64,000 nucleotides of DNA from Podarcis cretensis (Eukaryota), in NCBI GenBank assembly GCA_951804945.1, contig OX638161.1, forward strand, positions 48,422,001 through 48,486,000, in the 5' to 3' direction. Made by a program: the position numbers and the translations under genes. This document shows positions 10,901 through 21,284 of the stretch, one piece after another (the stretch's first letter is position 1; each line of letters starts with the position of its first letter). A model generated the notes under the pieces. That model saw only the letters and a program-made list of their open reading frames with translations, was not told the DNA's origin and did no database searches.

Positions 10901-11851
10901 AAGGGAGGGTGTAAGAAATTGAGACCCAAACGGTTGGGACCCTTTGAGGTCATACAGCAGGTCAACCCAGTAGCATTCAAACTCCGATTGCCCAGTCACA
11001 TGAAATTGCACCCAGTATTTCACAGGTCATTACTGTCGCCCTACAGAGAGGGGTGTGAGTGGGGGGAACGTGAGAGGGAGGTCACCCGAACACCCGTCAT
11101 AGAAGAGAGAGAACGCAACATGGATGTGGCAGGGATCATTGATTCCAGGTGGAAGGGGAATCAGGTGGAATACTTGGTAGAATGGGAGGGGGAGGAAGAG
11201 TCAGAAAACGCATGGGTACCGGCAGAGGAAGTCAAGGACGAGATTTTAATAGAAACGTTTCATCGGCGTTTCCCAAGTAAACCACAACCAGTGGCAAGGT
11301 TTAGGAGGGAACACTTCGGGACTACAGATGAGGAAGGGGAATTTGAAGGGTTCCCAGAGTCGGAAGTGGAGGTGGAAACAGATTCCGACGAAGGAGAGGA
11401 AGAGGGGGAAAGAGGCGGTAGGCCGTGGTTAGAAGTGTTTGAATCCTCGGAGGATGAGGGGAGTTCCTTCCAGGGATTTCCGTCCTCGCCGCCAGTAGGA
11501 GAAGAGGCGGGAGGGGGTGAAGGGGGCCCTGGGGGGGAGGTGGATGTCAGGGAACTGCCATCGGAAGGACAGGTGGTGAGAAGGCTTCAGCAGAATAGGA
11601 GAGCCTCTTCTTCAGGAGAAGAGGGAACCAGTAGGGGGAGTGCGGGAGCTCCAAAGGAAAGGGAGTCGGAGGGGAGGCTCTGGGATACTTCCAGTGAGAA
11701 CAGCGAGGAGGTATCAGAACAGCCCATAAGGACTCCCACCCCCCGCCGGAAGCTGTCACGCAGGGAATCCAGGAGGCGCATGTCTGTGAAACAGCTCTTA
11801 TGTTGGAAACGTTTCCGCAAACGCCCACTGTCAGATTCTACCAGCGACTGA
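7847..11851 (+). CDS. pol: Pol polyprotein (protease, RT, RNase H, integrase, chromodomain, acidic tail) in the -1 frame relative to gag
   Basis: LLDSGS protease, FLDD RT, TDAS RNase H, HHCC/DDE integrase, GPF motif, YLVEWEG chromodomain. The frame is open from 7847 (after TAA 7844-7846) and runs into the 3' LTR. Confidence 0.95.
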   Translation, partial: GASKSQRLAATDGAQQPGQGTVNVPTPEPPRPALVIEVLLELANGHPLKVKALLDSGSSCNFMSKEFAAAHQIQTIPLKNPLQVTTIDGRALLGGEVDQQTVPMTMRVARHTERIAFNIATLGGAPIILGMSWLALHDPLVGWHQRVVSFGSAHCMGHCTEKGGQAGTQATLAKIEAMEQGRVPRQYADFADVFSEREADKLPPHRAFDCQINLLPGAQLPVGKVYAMSDREMQELREFIDKNLKRGFIRESRAVGGSPVFFVDKKNSDKPRLIVDFRALNAVSEPVTFPMPRIDDILTRVRKGKIFTKLDLRGAYNLIRMRKGDEWKTTMFTPLGAFEYCVMPFGLQAGSAVFQSFINHVLGPLLYKNCAAFLDDVLVYSEDEEQHVRDVREVLSKLQENQLWVKLEKCQFHAREVEFLGYRLSDKGLAMDPSKVQAVLEWRPPKTKKDVQRFLGFGNFYRKFIKNFAHLTAPITDCLSSKKKFVWTEEAQRAFESLKRAFASEEQLLHVDLQQPMRVETDASDRAVGAVLLQPGANTSEWKPCAFFSRKLNKSERNYTVYDRELLAVHEAFKRWRHLLIGAQHKVQVRTDHKNLEYWRTARVLNQRQVRWAQEFSKFNFEIRYVPGAENVRADALSRKPEYLEGEGGAEERHIISEDHWVCGAALVGQRELAEGIENDEYAQEKLRELRETGENAGGFEEKNGKLYYKGALYIPGGELRGRVLKQLHDSPTAGHFGQHKTMWLVTREFWWPKVREDVREYVRGCDRCQRAKGERLAPAGLLEPLPTPERPWEMVSIDFMTDLPRSKGKTAVMVVVDLLTKMCHFIACSHAVTAEETARLFVEHIFRLHGAPLRVLSDRGKQFTSRFWRKLMSMLHVEVSFSTARHPETNGQAERANGVLQQYLRCYVKDRETDWVDWLPLAEFAYNNAENASTGMSPFLANYGCHPRAFPGEGGERWSVPAAENFVEEMEAIHRQLQLNLEKAKEEYKKQADRNRREGETIRVGNRVWLSTQGLPFKGGCKKLRPKRLGPFEVIQQVNPVAFKLRLPSHMKLHPVFHRSLLSPYREGCEWGEREREVTRTPVIEERERNMDVAGIIDSRWKGNQVEYLVEWEGEEESENAWVPAEEVKDEILIETFHRRFPSKPQPVARFRREHFGTTDEEGEFEGFPESEVEVETDSDEGEEEGERGGRPWLEVFESSEDEGSSFQGFPSSPPVGEEAGGGEGGPGGEVDVRELPSEGQVVRRLQQNRRASSSGEEGTSRGSAGAPKERESEGRLWDTSSENSEEVSEQPIRTPTPRRKLSRRESRRRMSVKQLLCWKRFRKRPLSDSTSD

Positions 11852-11954
11852 GGGAGCCATGCTCAAGGGCTCTTCTCAAAGCAGGGTTTCACTACACAGA
11901 GTGAGCTCTGAGGGATCCAGCTTTAACGCACAAGCTGCTCATTATCCCACCACA
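11545..11954 (+). repeat. 3' LTR
   Basis: Direct repeat of 6445-6854, preceded by the purine-rich tract GGGGGGGAGGTGGA. Confidence 0.96.
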
Positions 11955-11956
11955 GT

Positions 11957-11964
11957 ATGCAAAT
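11957..11964 (+). promoter_or_regulatory. Ig octamer ATGCAAAT of the VH4 promoter, overlapping the retrotransposon TSD
   Basis: Canonical octamer about 105 nt upstream of the leader ATG at 12068, the same position as in the paralogous VH3 and VH5 promoters. Confidence 0.9.
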
Positions 11965-12067
11965 TTTCAGCGAAAGCTTCCCCTTTAAAGCAGTCACACA
12001 GCCTCCCTTCCTCTGCATATTTGGGACCAAATTTTGCTCAACACTCTCACAGGATTAGACAAGTAAA

Positions 12068-12506
12068 ATGATAGTTTTGCTTCAACTAGTTTTCCTTTCG
12101 GTAGCTTTTGGAGGTAAATCCATCCTTTCAGTTAAAGATGGTTGGGGTACTCTGGGAGTTAATAACATGCAGCAGAATTCTAAAAATGCCCTTCTTTCTA
12201 GGTGTCCAATCAGAGGTCCAGCTGGTGGAGTCTGGAGGAGATGTGAAAAAGCCTGGAGACTCCCTCCACCTCTCCTGTCGAGCCTCTGGATTCAACTTTG
12301 GGGACTCTGGCATGCACTGGATGAGACAGGCTCCTGGGAAGGGCCTGGAATGGGTGGCCTACATAAACCACAATTCAGCTACAATTTACTACTTGGATAA
12401 AGTGAAGGGAATATTCACCATCTCCAGGGACAATTCCAACAGCCTCCTCTATCTGCAAATGAACAGCCTTAAACCCGAGGACACGGCTGTGTATTACTGT
12501 GCAAGA
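12068..12506 (+). CDS. IGHV: IGHV segment VH4 (clan III-like); coding intact, promoter split by the LTR element
   Basis: Leader 12068-12113, open V exon 12202-12506 (EVQLVESGG...YYCAR). RSS: CACAGTC 12507-12513, 23 nt, ACAAAAACC 12537-12545. Confidence 0.92.
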
Positions 12507-13273
12507 CACAGTCAGAGGAAGTGAATCTGAAGTCAGACAAAAACCCTCCTTTAATCAAAACAGAGAAGTTGCATTCCCTCCAACATTCCACATGAAAATA
12601 GGGACATTCTATTAGCTGCCAGAGACCAAAGAAAGCTGTTAAAATAATTTAGACAGATTGTCTTCCCATTCAAACGGAGACAGCCAGCTAGTCATGCAGC
12701 TGTACACCTGGAGCTTTCCCTAGGCAAACTATAATCATTTATTAGTGTTATTATTATGAATTTATCAGTTCCTTAATCTTGCCCAGGGCAATCCAATGAA
12801 ACAACCAAAGAAACAATAAACCCCACATAGATATGTTAAAACCAAGAGGAAAGAAGAATACATTAAAAACAATTCACCCACTTGTAAGAGACCACAAATA
12901 GTTATAGGCCAAAGGCCTGGTTATAGAGGAAAGTTTTTGCTTGGTGCCTACAGATGTATAATGATGGTTCCAGGCAATCCTCACTGGGGAGAGCATTCCA
13001 CAAACAGGGATACATTTCAGAAATGGCTCCTTCTCATTTTGACACCCTCCAGACCTCTTGTGGAGGAGGACCATAAAAAACGTCCTCAAATTATGATTTC
13101 AGGTTTTTAAAATGTGATTCAGTGCTCTTTTTCATTTACTCCAAGGGCCATCAAACATTCTATACTGGGCACTACACACACACACCACAACCAGCTACAT
13201 GCCACAACTTGATCTATTGGCTACACTAAAGAGCATCCTTGAAAACAAAATTTCCATTGAGGAGAGAGGATAC

Positions 13274-14045
13274 TGTCAGAAATGAATTCACCCTCTTGGG
13301 TGGGCGTCATTGTTGGCTGGCATTCCCTTGCATGCCAGGATCTGACTTGGGATTCCCAGGCATCAAAGGAAGGCTCTCAGCCAAACTTGTTGCTTGAGTA
13401 AATTGCCCTGTCCACTTGCCTAATCAGTGAATTGGGAGCAAACATGGGCAACCAAGTTAAAGCTCTTTCCTCCAGTATATAATACAGGCCCATGGCTTGT
13501 TCTGCAGCCACTTTTTGTTGGATTCCCACCCACCCACCCACATTACATATTCCTGCTGCATGTTGTTCTGCTCCACCTTGCTATGGCATAGACGATCACC
13601 GTGTTGGGGACCAGGTTGAAATTTTCCCACTCAGCCCTCTGCTTTTTGCCACCCTCATTGCAAATGTCACAGCTTTTCTCAGTTTAGGCATTGGATAGGC
13701 AAAGTTGTGTTCTGAGGGGAGGTTCTAGCCTCTGCCTTTGAAATGGAGTATCCCATTAAAGGGATCGTGGGGAGATACTTCTGTTGGGATACCCAGGCAG
13801 GGGTGAGGAGCCACAGCACTCCCCAGGTGCAATCCAGTGGAGGAGATACCCCTTTATTGACTCCTTCATTTTTTGTTATCCCCAAAACACATGTTCTTTT
13901 GCCAGAAAGGGGAGGGGTATACCCAATATCTATGCCAAAATTTGTTGTCAATAAAGTTCTGGCCTGATTTCACCCAAGTATTGGTTGGTGTGTCTTTTAT
14001 TCTTGGTATGGTGGAGGACCAAAGAATAGGGAGGATGCCTTGACA
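13274..14045 (+). mobile_element. Putative solo LTR
   Basis: TGTCA...TGACA termini, internal TATATAA (~13477) and AATAAA (~13950); no clean TSD. Confidence 0.4.
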
Positions 14046-14771
14046 AACAAATAGTGAATGTTACTGAACCTGCATATATACGCACTCATGAGCTCCATAT
14101 TAGTGACACCCCCCCCCATGTAAACACAGCTTTTATATTTCTCATTTATATATTACAAATACAGGATTCCCTGTGCTTTGAGGAGAGCAAGAACAAGGAG
14201 CTGTGAGAATGTTATGTCATGTGCTCTACTATTCAACATTAAGACGGGATTCTTATACATATGCTATTCATATATATTTTTATTTAAAGCCTTTAAGAGA
14301 GAACATTCCACAGACATTTCATTTCTTTGCTGAGCTGTGATTTACAGTGTTACTTCATATTTAATCTAAATTTTCTTCTACTTCATTTGACCATATCCTT
14401 CCAGCCCAATTCCTCTCCATATTTATGGTAAGAAATTGTTCCCCACCTTCAACGGTACATATACTGGGCATGCTGAAAGTGATGGAATTTCTGAAAACCT
14501 GTGTTGCTTCCCCCCCCCCCCTGAGAGTTATACATCAAAGCATCACTGTAAAGACCTGTACAAACTGTGCAGCAGCAAAGAAGGAGATTTCTGACAACGT
14601 GCAGTCATGACTCTTGTCCCTCACTGCCCAGATTCTCTGTTGGTGCTTTTATACCGATGGGTATGTAAATCTTCAGATACAGCTTCCTCTTTAAAGCAGT
14701 CAGAGAACCTCCCTTCCCATGCACATGTGGGACCCCTTCTTGCTTAACTCTCAAAGAATCAGACCAGGAAA

Positions 14772-15212
14772 ATGATAGTTTTCCTTCAACTGGTTTTCTT
14801 TTCAGCAGCTTTTGAAGGTAAATTCATTCTTCCAGTTAAAGAAAGCTGGTACATTCTAGGTGTTCATAACATGGATCTTGTCTCTCAATATGCCTTTCTT
14901 TCTAGGTGTCCAATCGGAGGTCCAGCTGGTTGAGACTGGGGGAGATGCATAAAGGCCTGGGGAGTCCCTCCACCTCTCCTGCCGAGCCTCCGGGTTCAAC
15001 TTTGGGAATGCTTACATGGCATGGGTGAGACAGGCTCCTGGAAAGGGCCTGGAATGGGTAGCCTACATATATCCTCAATCTGATTACATTTACTACTTGG
15101 ATAAAGTCAAGGGACGATTCACCATCTCCAGGGATAATTCCAACAGTCTCCTCTATCTGCAAATGAACAACCTGAAACCTGAGGACACCGCTGTATATTA
15201 CTGTGCAAGAGA
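14772..15212 (+). pseudogene. IGHV: IGHV VH5 (clan III-like) pseudogene with a single nonsense codon
   Basis: Leader 14772-14817, V exon 14906-15212 with TAA at 14950-14952 in FR1. Perfect RSS CACAGTG-23-ACAAAAACC at 15213-15251. Confidence 0.92.
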
Positions 15213-15665
15213 CACAGTGAGAGGAAGTGAATCTGAAGCCAGACAAAAACCTTCCTTTTCACATGGCTGCTCTCAATTACAATCTCAAGGAACAAACATT
15301 GCAACTTATAGTTTAAAGGAATATTTTCACATCAACATTCACCATCCCATTTTACAATGAGATCCCAAAACACATTCCAAGTTATGGTTTTACACAGGTT
15401 CAAGCAGCTCTCAGAGGCTCCAGCTATTTTCACTATACTTCACATTGCTCTTCCTTGAAGCACTCAGGTAGACACTGGACCAGGGAAAGGGTGAGATATC
15501 TATTGCTTGACAGTGTTTGATCCTGACTTCAACACCTTCCTATATATGATTATATTCTTGTTTCTATTACTGTTTTTCATGGGCTATGTAACACGTGATG
15601 CTCACTCTACATTTCTTTGGGTGACCAGCTTCAGATCATGCAGAACAAAAGAAGCAATTCCTTAC

Positions 15666-15881
15666 TCTGGTACATCAAACAGGTTCTGAGAAGGATGCTT
15701 CTTGAAGGACAATTCATGAGGATTGTAAACTATCTGAGAAACAATTCCACCAATGAAAAAGAGCTCCTGGCTGCAACCACTCATGTGGAACAGTGTGGGG
15801 GTCATATGCAGGACACTCCACAGTATCGACTTTGGACACCATAGCAGTCAGCAAAGGTAAGAGTGTCAGAAGGCAAAGCAT
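15666..15881 (-). pseudogene. Orphan V2R exon 1 (frameshifted copy of 25230-25444)
   Basis: Near-identical to V2R-A exon 1 but 216 vs 215 nt (extra A near 15755); no downstream V2R exons before VH5. Confidence 0.85.
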
Positions 15882-16042
15882 CCTGTCAGTGAAACTTCCC
15901 TCTAGATTGAGGCTCTGCTCTGTTCATCAGCAGATACTGCAAGATTTAACAGACTACATTGGTTGGTAGCTAATTCTTGCAATACCTCTCTTAAGAGAAA
16001 TAGATCAGTCATGCCTTTGAGATACAAATGCATGCCTTGAAT

Positions 16043-17379
16043 GTTGTTGTTGTTTAGTCGTTTAGTCGTGTCCGACTCTTCGTGACCCCATGGACCAGAG
16101 AACGCCAGGCACTCCTGTCCTCCACTGCCCCCCGCAGCTTGGTCAGACTCATGCTGGTAACCTCGAAAACACTATCCAACCATCTCGTCCTCTGTCGCCC
16201 CCTTCTCCTTGTGCCCTCCATCTTTCCCAACATCAGGGTCTTCTCCAGGGAGTCTTCTCTTCTCATGAGGTGGCCAAAGTACTGGAGCCTCAGCTTCACA
16301 ATCTGTCCTTCCAGTGAGCACTCAGGGCTGATTTCCTTCAGAATGGAGAGGTTTGATCTTCTTGCAGTCCATGGGACTCTCAAGAGTCTCCTCCAGCACC
16401 ATAATTCAAAAGCATCAATTCTTTGGCGATCAGCCTTCTTTATGGTCCAGCTCTCACTTCCATACATCACTACTGGGAAAACCATAGCTTTAACTATACG
16501 GACCTTTGTTGGCAAGGTGATGTCTCTACTTCTCAAGATGCTGTCTAGGCCTGTCATTGCCCTTCTCCTAAGAAGCAGGTGTCTTTTAATTTCGTGGCTG
16601 CTGTCACCATCTGCAGTGATCATGGAGCCCAAGAAAGTAAAATCTCTCACTGCCTCCATTTCTTCCCCTTCTATTTGCCAGGAGGTGATGGGACCAGTAG
16701 CCATGATCTTCGTTTTTTTGATGTTGAGCTTCAGACCATATTTTGCACTCTCCTCTTTCACCCTCAATAAAAGGTTCTTTAATTCCTCCTCACTTTCTGC
16801 CATCAAGGTTGTGTCATCTGCATATCTGAGGTTGTTGATATTTCTTCCAGCAATCTTAATTCCGGCTAGGGATTCATCCAGCCCAGCCTTTCACATGATG
16901 AATTCTGCATATAAGTTAAATAAGCAGGGAGACAAAATGCAGCCTTGTCGTACTCCTTTCCCAATTTTGAACCAGTCAGTTGTTCCATATCCAGTTCTAA
17001 CTGTAGCTTCTTGTCCCACATAGAGATTTCTCAGGAGACAGATGAGGTGATCAGGCACTCCCATTTCTTTAAGAACTTGCCATAGTTTGCCATGGTCGAC
17101 ACAGTCAAAGGCTTTTGCATAGTCAATGAAGCAGAAGTAAATGTCTTTCTGGAACTCTCTAGCTTTCTCCATAATCCAGCGCATGTTTGCAATTTGGTCT
17201 CTGGTTCCTCTGCCTCTTCTAAATCCAGCTTGCACTTCTGGGAGTTCTCGGTCCACATACTGCTTGAGCCTTCCTTGTAGAATTTTAAGCATAACCTTGC
17301 TAGCGTGAGAAATTAGTGCAATTGTGCGATAGTTGGAGCATTCTTTGGCACTGCCCTTCTTTGGGATTGGGATGTAGAC
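16043..17379 (-). mobile_element. 5'-truncated BovB (RTE-clade) LINE with RT coding region
   Basis: RT motifs (GVRQGCILSP, LRYADD) and BovB-type C-terminus (...HGVTKSRTRLND), (CAA)n tail, 10-bp TSD TGCCTTGAAT (16033-16042 and 17380-17389), one in-frame TGA at 16891-16893. Confidence 0.93.
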
Positions 17380-19231
17380 TGCCTTGAATACTAGTAGATA
17401 TTTCCAAAAGCTTTTGGGACTTGGGGCAGGCAAACAAATAATAAGGGTTTCCAAGATCCCAGTGGTCCATAATTGGTACTTTGGCATTTGGCTCCTGAGT
17501 GGCATTCCTCCCCCCACGCCCACCCCATAGTCAATATGTTAGTTCATTTTCCAGATCTGCTAATAAGTCTGCACTGTTCCTTGTGGCACAAAGAACAGCA
17601 GGTGGCATGAAGTTCCCTGTAGGAATTGAACACTAGGAAGGAACAGTGTTTCACAGTGATACTCAAAAATGTTTAAGCTGTCCCCTGATCTAGGATAGTG
17701 GGAGGATGGCATGACCTCAAGTTTAGTCACCACTAAAAGCCCTCCTCAGAAAAACAGAGAGATACTGCGTGGAACACAAGCTTGACATCGGTGCTGTTTC
17801 TACATTCTTTGTAAGAGAATTGTATGAAATCCAACCCAGAATCAACTGTGAAGGCCAGAGCTTTTGCCAATGTAATGTAGGAATCATTTTCTAGCCCATG
17901 GTCTGCCAGCAGGTTCTTAACAGGTTTGCAGCCTGGCAAACAAACCCTGGAGGCCAGCATGGGAAAAAATTCCCAAGCATGAGGCTTTAAGTTAAGGGCA
18001 AGTCAGACCTGCATTCTCCAATTCCTGGAATGGCTTATTACCAATCTGTGAGGCACAGCCCTTAAGAGCAGACCAAGAGCAGGACCATCAGTTAGGAGAA
18101 CTTTCAGGAGCAGATAGTAAAAAGTTTGAGCTATGCCACTAGAAATCAGATGCCTAGAAATGTAATGGTGTCAGATTCCTACTGCCTGCCTTCCTGCCTG
18201 CCTGCCTGTGTATTGGGCTCAGCAAGTCCCTATATTATTCCCCTTTGACACCTGGCAAAGAAAGGAAGACCAAATGGGAGCCACTATTTTAATTCATTCT
18301 GAATCCCCATAAGGTAATCTCACAGTAGAACAACATGACACAGTCGACACTGATTATTATTGTGATTCTCAGTGATATAAAAGAATCCTCACTTATTCCC
18401 AGAATGCATGTTGTATTAATAGACAGTGATCTGTACACTTTTATTGATTCATAGCTGACTTTATTATTTGAATCCAAGTAGCTTTAAAGCCTCCAAGACC
18501 TTTACTGAACAATAAGTCAACACTTGCGCAACTGCTATACAATCATAGGACTCAGCTACATTAGTGAAGAAACAGCAATTTGAATGCACTATAACATGCA
18601 ACAACAGATGGCGGCAGAGAGCAGGAATTTTATTTCCATAGAGACTTTTTTTCTATAGTTTTAATGATCCAATTTATGACTTATTTACGGTGTTTCTTTT
18701 CTTGTGTTTAGATCCACCCATAGACTCACATGTCATTTTTAACATCATTAAGCAACTTAACTTATTATTATTATTAATCATTTATGTATACTCCGCCCAC
18801 CTGGAATAGTATTATTAATAATACAAAAGCAATAAAATATCAAATATTAAAAATTTTCTAAATAAGGCTGCCTTCAGATACCTGGGTGTTTTGTTTTGAC
18901 AAGAGGACCCAAAAGATTATTTGCCCCTGAGCTGCAGCTGGCTCAGTTCATATGCAAATCTGTCACTGAGTTCAACAAGCAAGGGAGCCATTTTCTCATG
19001 TTGACATTTGTCCTCTTTTTCCAAAACAGGTTCTCTTTTTCTGGGCTAAAATTTCTTTTGGGGTGGATTTTTGATATTGCCAAAATGTATCTTGCTATAC
19101 CTTCTGGATAAGACATAGGTATATCTGGTGGCTGCCCCTCACCTACTCATCAAACCAAAATTAATACTTTAGGAATCTCTGTACCTTGCTATCACAGTCA
19201 TAGAGTAGAAGAAAACAACAAGGCAGAATCT

Positions 19232-20299
19232 TCAAAACCTTCTCCGAATTAGTTGTTCTCTGTTGTTCAGCTGGGGCTTGAGCACAATGATGTAGCATTT
19301 AGGGGTGAAGATGCAGCCCAGTAACCCAGCACTGGAGGACAAGATGGAGAAGATCTCCACAGCCACCATGTATTCCCCTCTTGTGCTCAGGTAGGTTGGA
19401 ACAAAAGACAACCAAACACTGCAAAAGACTAACATGCTGAAGGTGATGAACTTGGCTTCATTAAAACTATCTGGTAACTTGCGGGCTAGAAATGCCACAG
19501 TGAAGCTGGAAATGGCCAAGAAGCCCATGAAACCCAAGACACAGTAAAACATGGCGACTGACCCTTCATTACATTGCACAAGGATTTCTCCAGTTACTGA
19601 GTGCATGTCTAAATCAGGGAAAGCGGGAGAGGTTGCCAACCACAAGGTACAAATACTTGCTTGTATGAGGGAACAGGAAAGAACCACAGACTGTCCCTGT
19701 CTTTTCCCCATCCACTTCCTCATGCTGGATCCTGGCTTTGTGGCCATGAAAGCTATCACTACAGTGGTGGTTTTGGCCAATACACAAGAAACAGCAACTG
19801 AGAAGATGATACCAAAAACTGTTTGTCGGAGAAGGCAGGTCACTTTTCCAGGTTTGCCAAGAAATAGGAAGGAAGATAGGAAGCAGAGCTGGAGGGAAAT
19901 GAGGAGGGTATAGGTGAGGCCTCGGTTGTTGGCTTTGACAATGGGTGTATCCCTGTGCTTAATGAAAATTGTTAACACCAAGACTGCAATAATGGAAAGA
20001 AAAACAGCAGCGAAGGCTAAAGTGATTCCTAAAGGTTCTTCATAAGAAAGAAAGGTTAAAACTTTTGGCATACATTCATCTTTGTCCTTACTTGGAAATT
20101 TCTCTTCTGGGCATGTGAAACAGTCAGTCATATCTAAAAAAAAAAGTAAATTTATCATTCAGTATTATCTGTTACATATGGACTCTTCTCCACACTACCT
20201 CTCATACATCAGTTATAAGTCATATAACTTTTGCTTGAAGGTTCCAGCCATATCTAAAAATTGAAAATTTCTCATTTCAGTATCTATTACCTATGTGGG

Positions 20300-20348
<49 letters not shown>

Positions 20349-21223
20349 TCCAATGCTATTCTCTGGACTCAATCCTGAAGATAGGAATGGCACCACTGTA
20401 ATAAAGTGCATGTAATTCTCACTCCCCAGAGAGCTGATCCAGGAGGATACCATGGTTGATGGTATCAAAAGCAGGTGAAAGATCCAGAAACAGGAGCAAG
20501 GTCACATTCCCCTTTCCTACTCTCAGCAGAGGTGATCCATCAGGGCAAACAAGGCTGACTCAGTTCCATTGCCAAGACTGAACCCAGAATAGAATGGCTA
20601 GAAAGTTTGGTTACCCTTGGAAGTAACTGGGAGGTACATTCCCTTCTGCCTTCTGCATACTGATGTTGATTTAGCTAATCAAATTTCCACTTGTGAATAG
20701 AAATCTTATATAACTTCTTCAATTTGCTTTGTGTGGTGGAAACATTGGGGTACTACATAACCTACCCATCTTATTGGAAATCTTCCCTTCTGGACAGGGA
20801 GTACAATCATAGCAGCAAAATTTCTCCCCTTCCTTCCTTTTCTTCTGGTTACCAGGATAGCAGTAGTCATTACACAAAGAAATGGGCATCACCTATCCAT
20901 AACCATGAAAGGCGTTACACAGGGAAATTCAGTTAGATAGACAGAGATATACCGTACATCTGTTGTTTATCTTGACTGATACCTCAGATCTTTTAAGCAC
21001 CTAGCTGTACTTAACTGGGCAGACAAGGAAACACCTCTGGGAATACCAATAGTTGAACCAGCAGAGAATTCACAAAGATGAACCACAAAGGCATTTGAAT
21101 ATAGTGAGTTAGTCACTATTGTTTCAATTTCCTCATGTGCATACAGAAAAGATGGCAAAGACGATGAGCTAATATGAAACCCTTACTATTATGTGTGTGT
21201 GTGTGTCATTCATATATATCTAG

Positions 21224-21284
<61 letters not shown>

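Larger units (their letters stand above)
6445..11954 (+). mobile_element. Full-length Ty3/Gypsy chromovirus LTR retrotransposon (Tf1/sushi-like)
   Basis: Two 410-bp TG...CA LTRs, 5-bp TSD GTATG (6440-6444 and 11955-11959), purine tract before 11545, intact gag and pol in PR-RT-RH-IN-chromodomain order. Confidence 0.97.

Noticed and set aside
7112-10980. Several minus-strand ORFs (up to 208 aa) inside the Gypsy element
   Set aside because: Antisense shadows of the purine-rich gag/pol; no recognisable domains and no env-like gene.
12495-12501. Cryptic heptamer TACTGTG in FR3 of clan III VHs
   Set aside because: A well-known by-product of the YYC codons (VH-replacement site); not unusual.
16082-17023. 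313-aa plus-strand ORF
   Set aside because: Antisense shadow of the BovB RT; no independent gene features.
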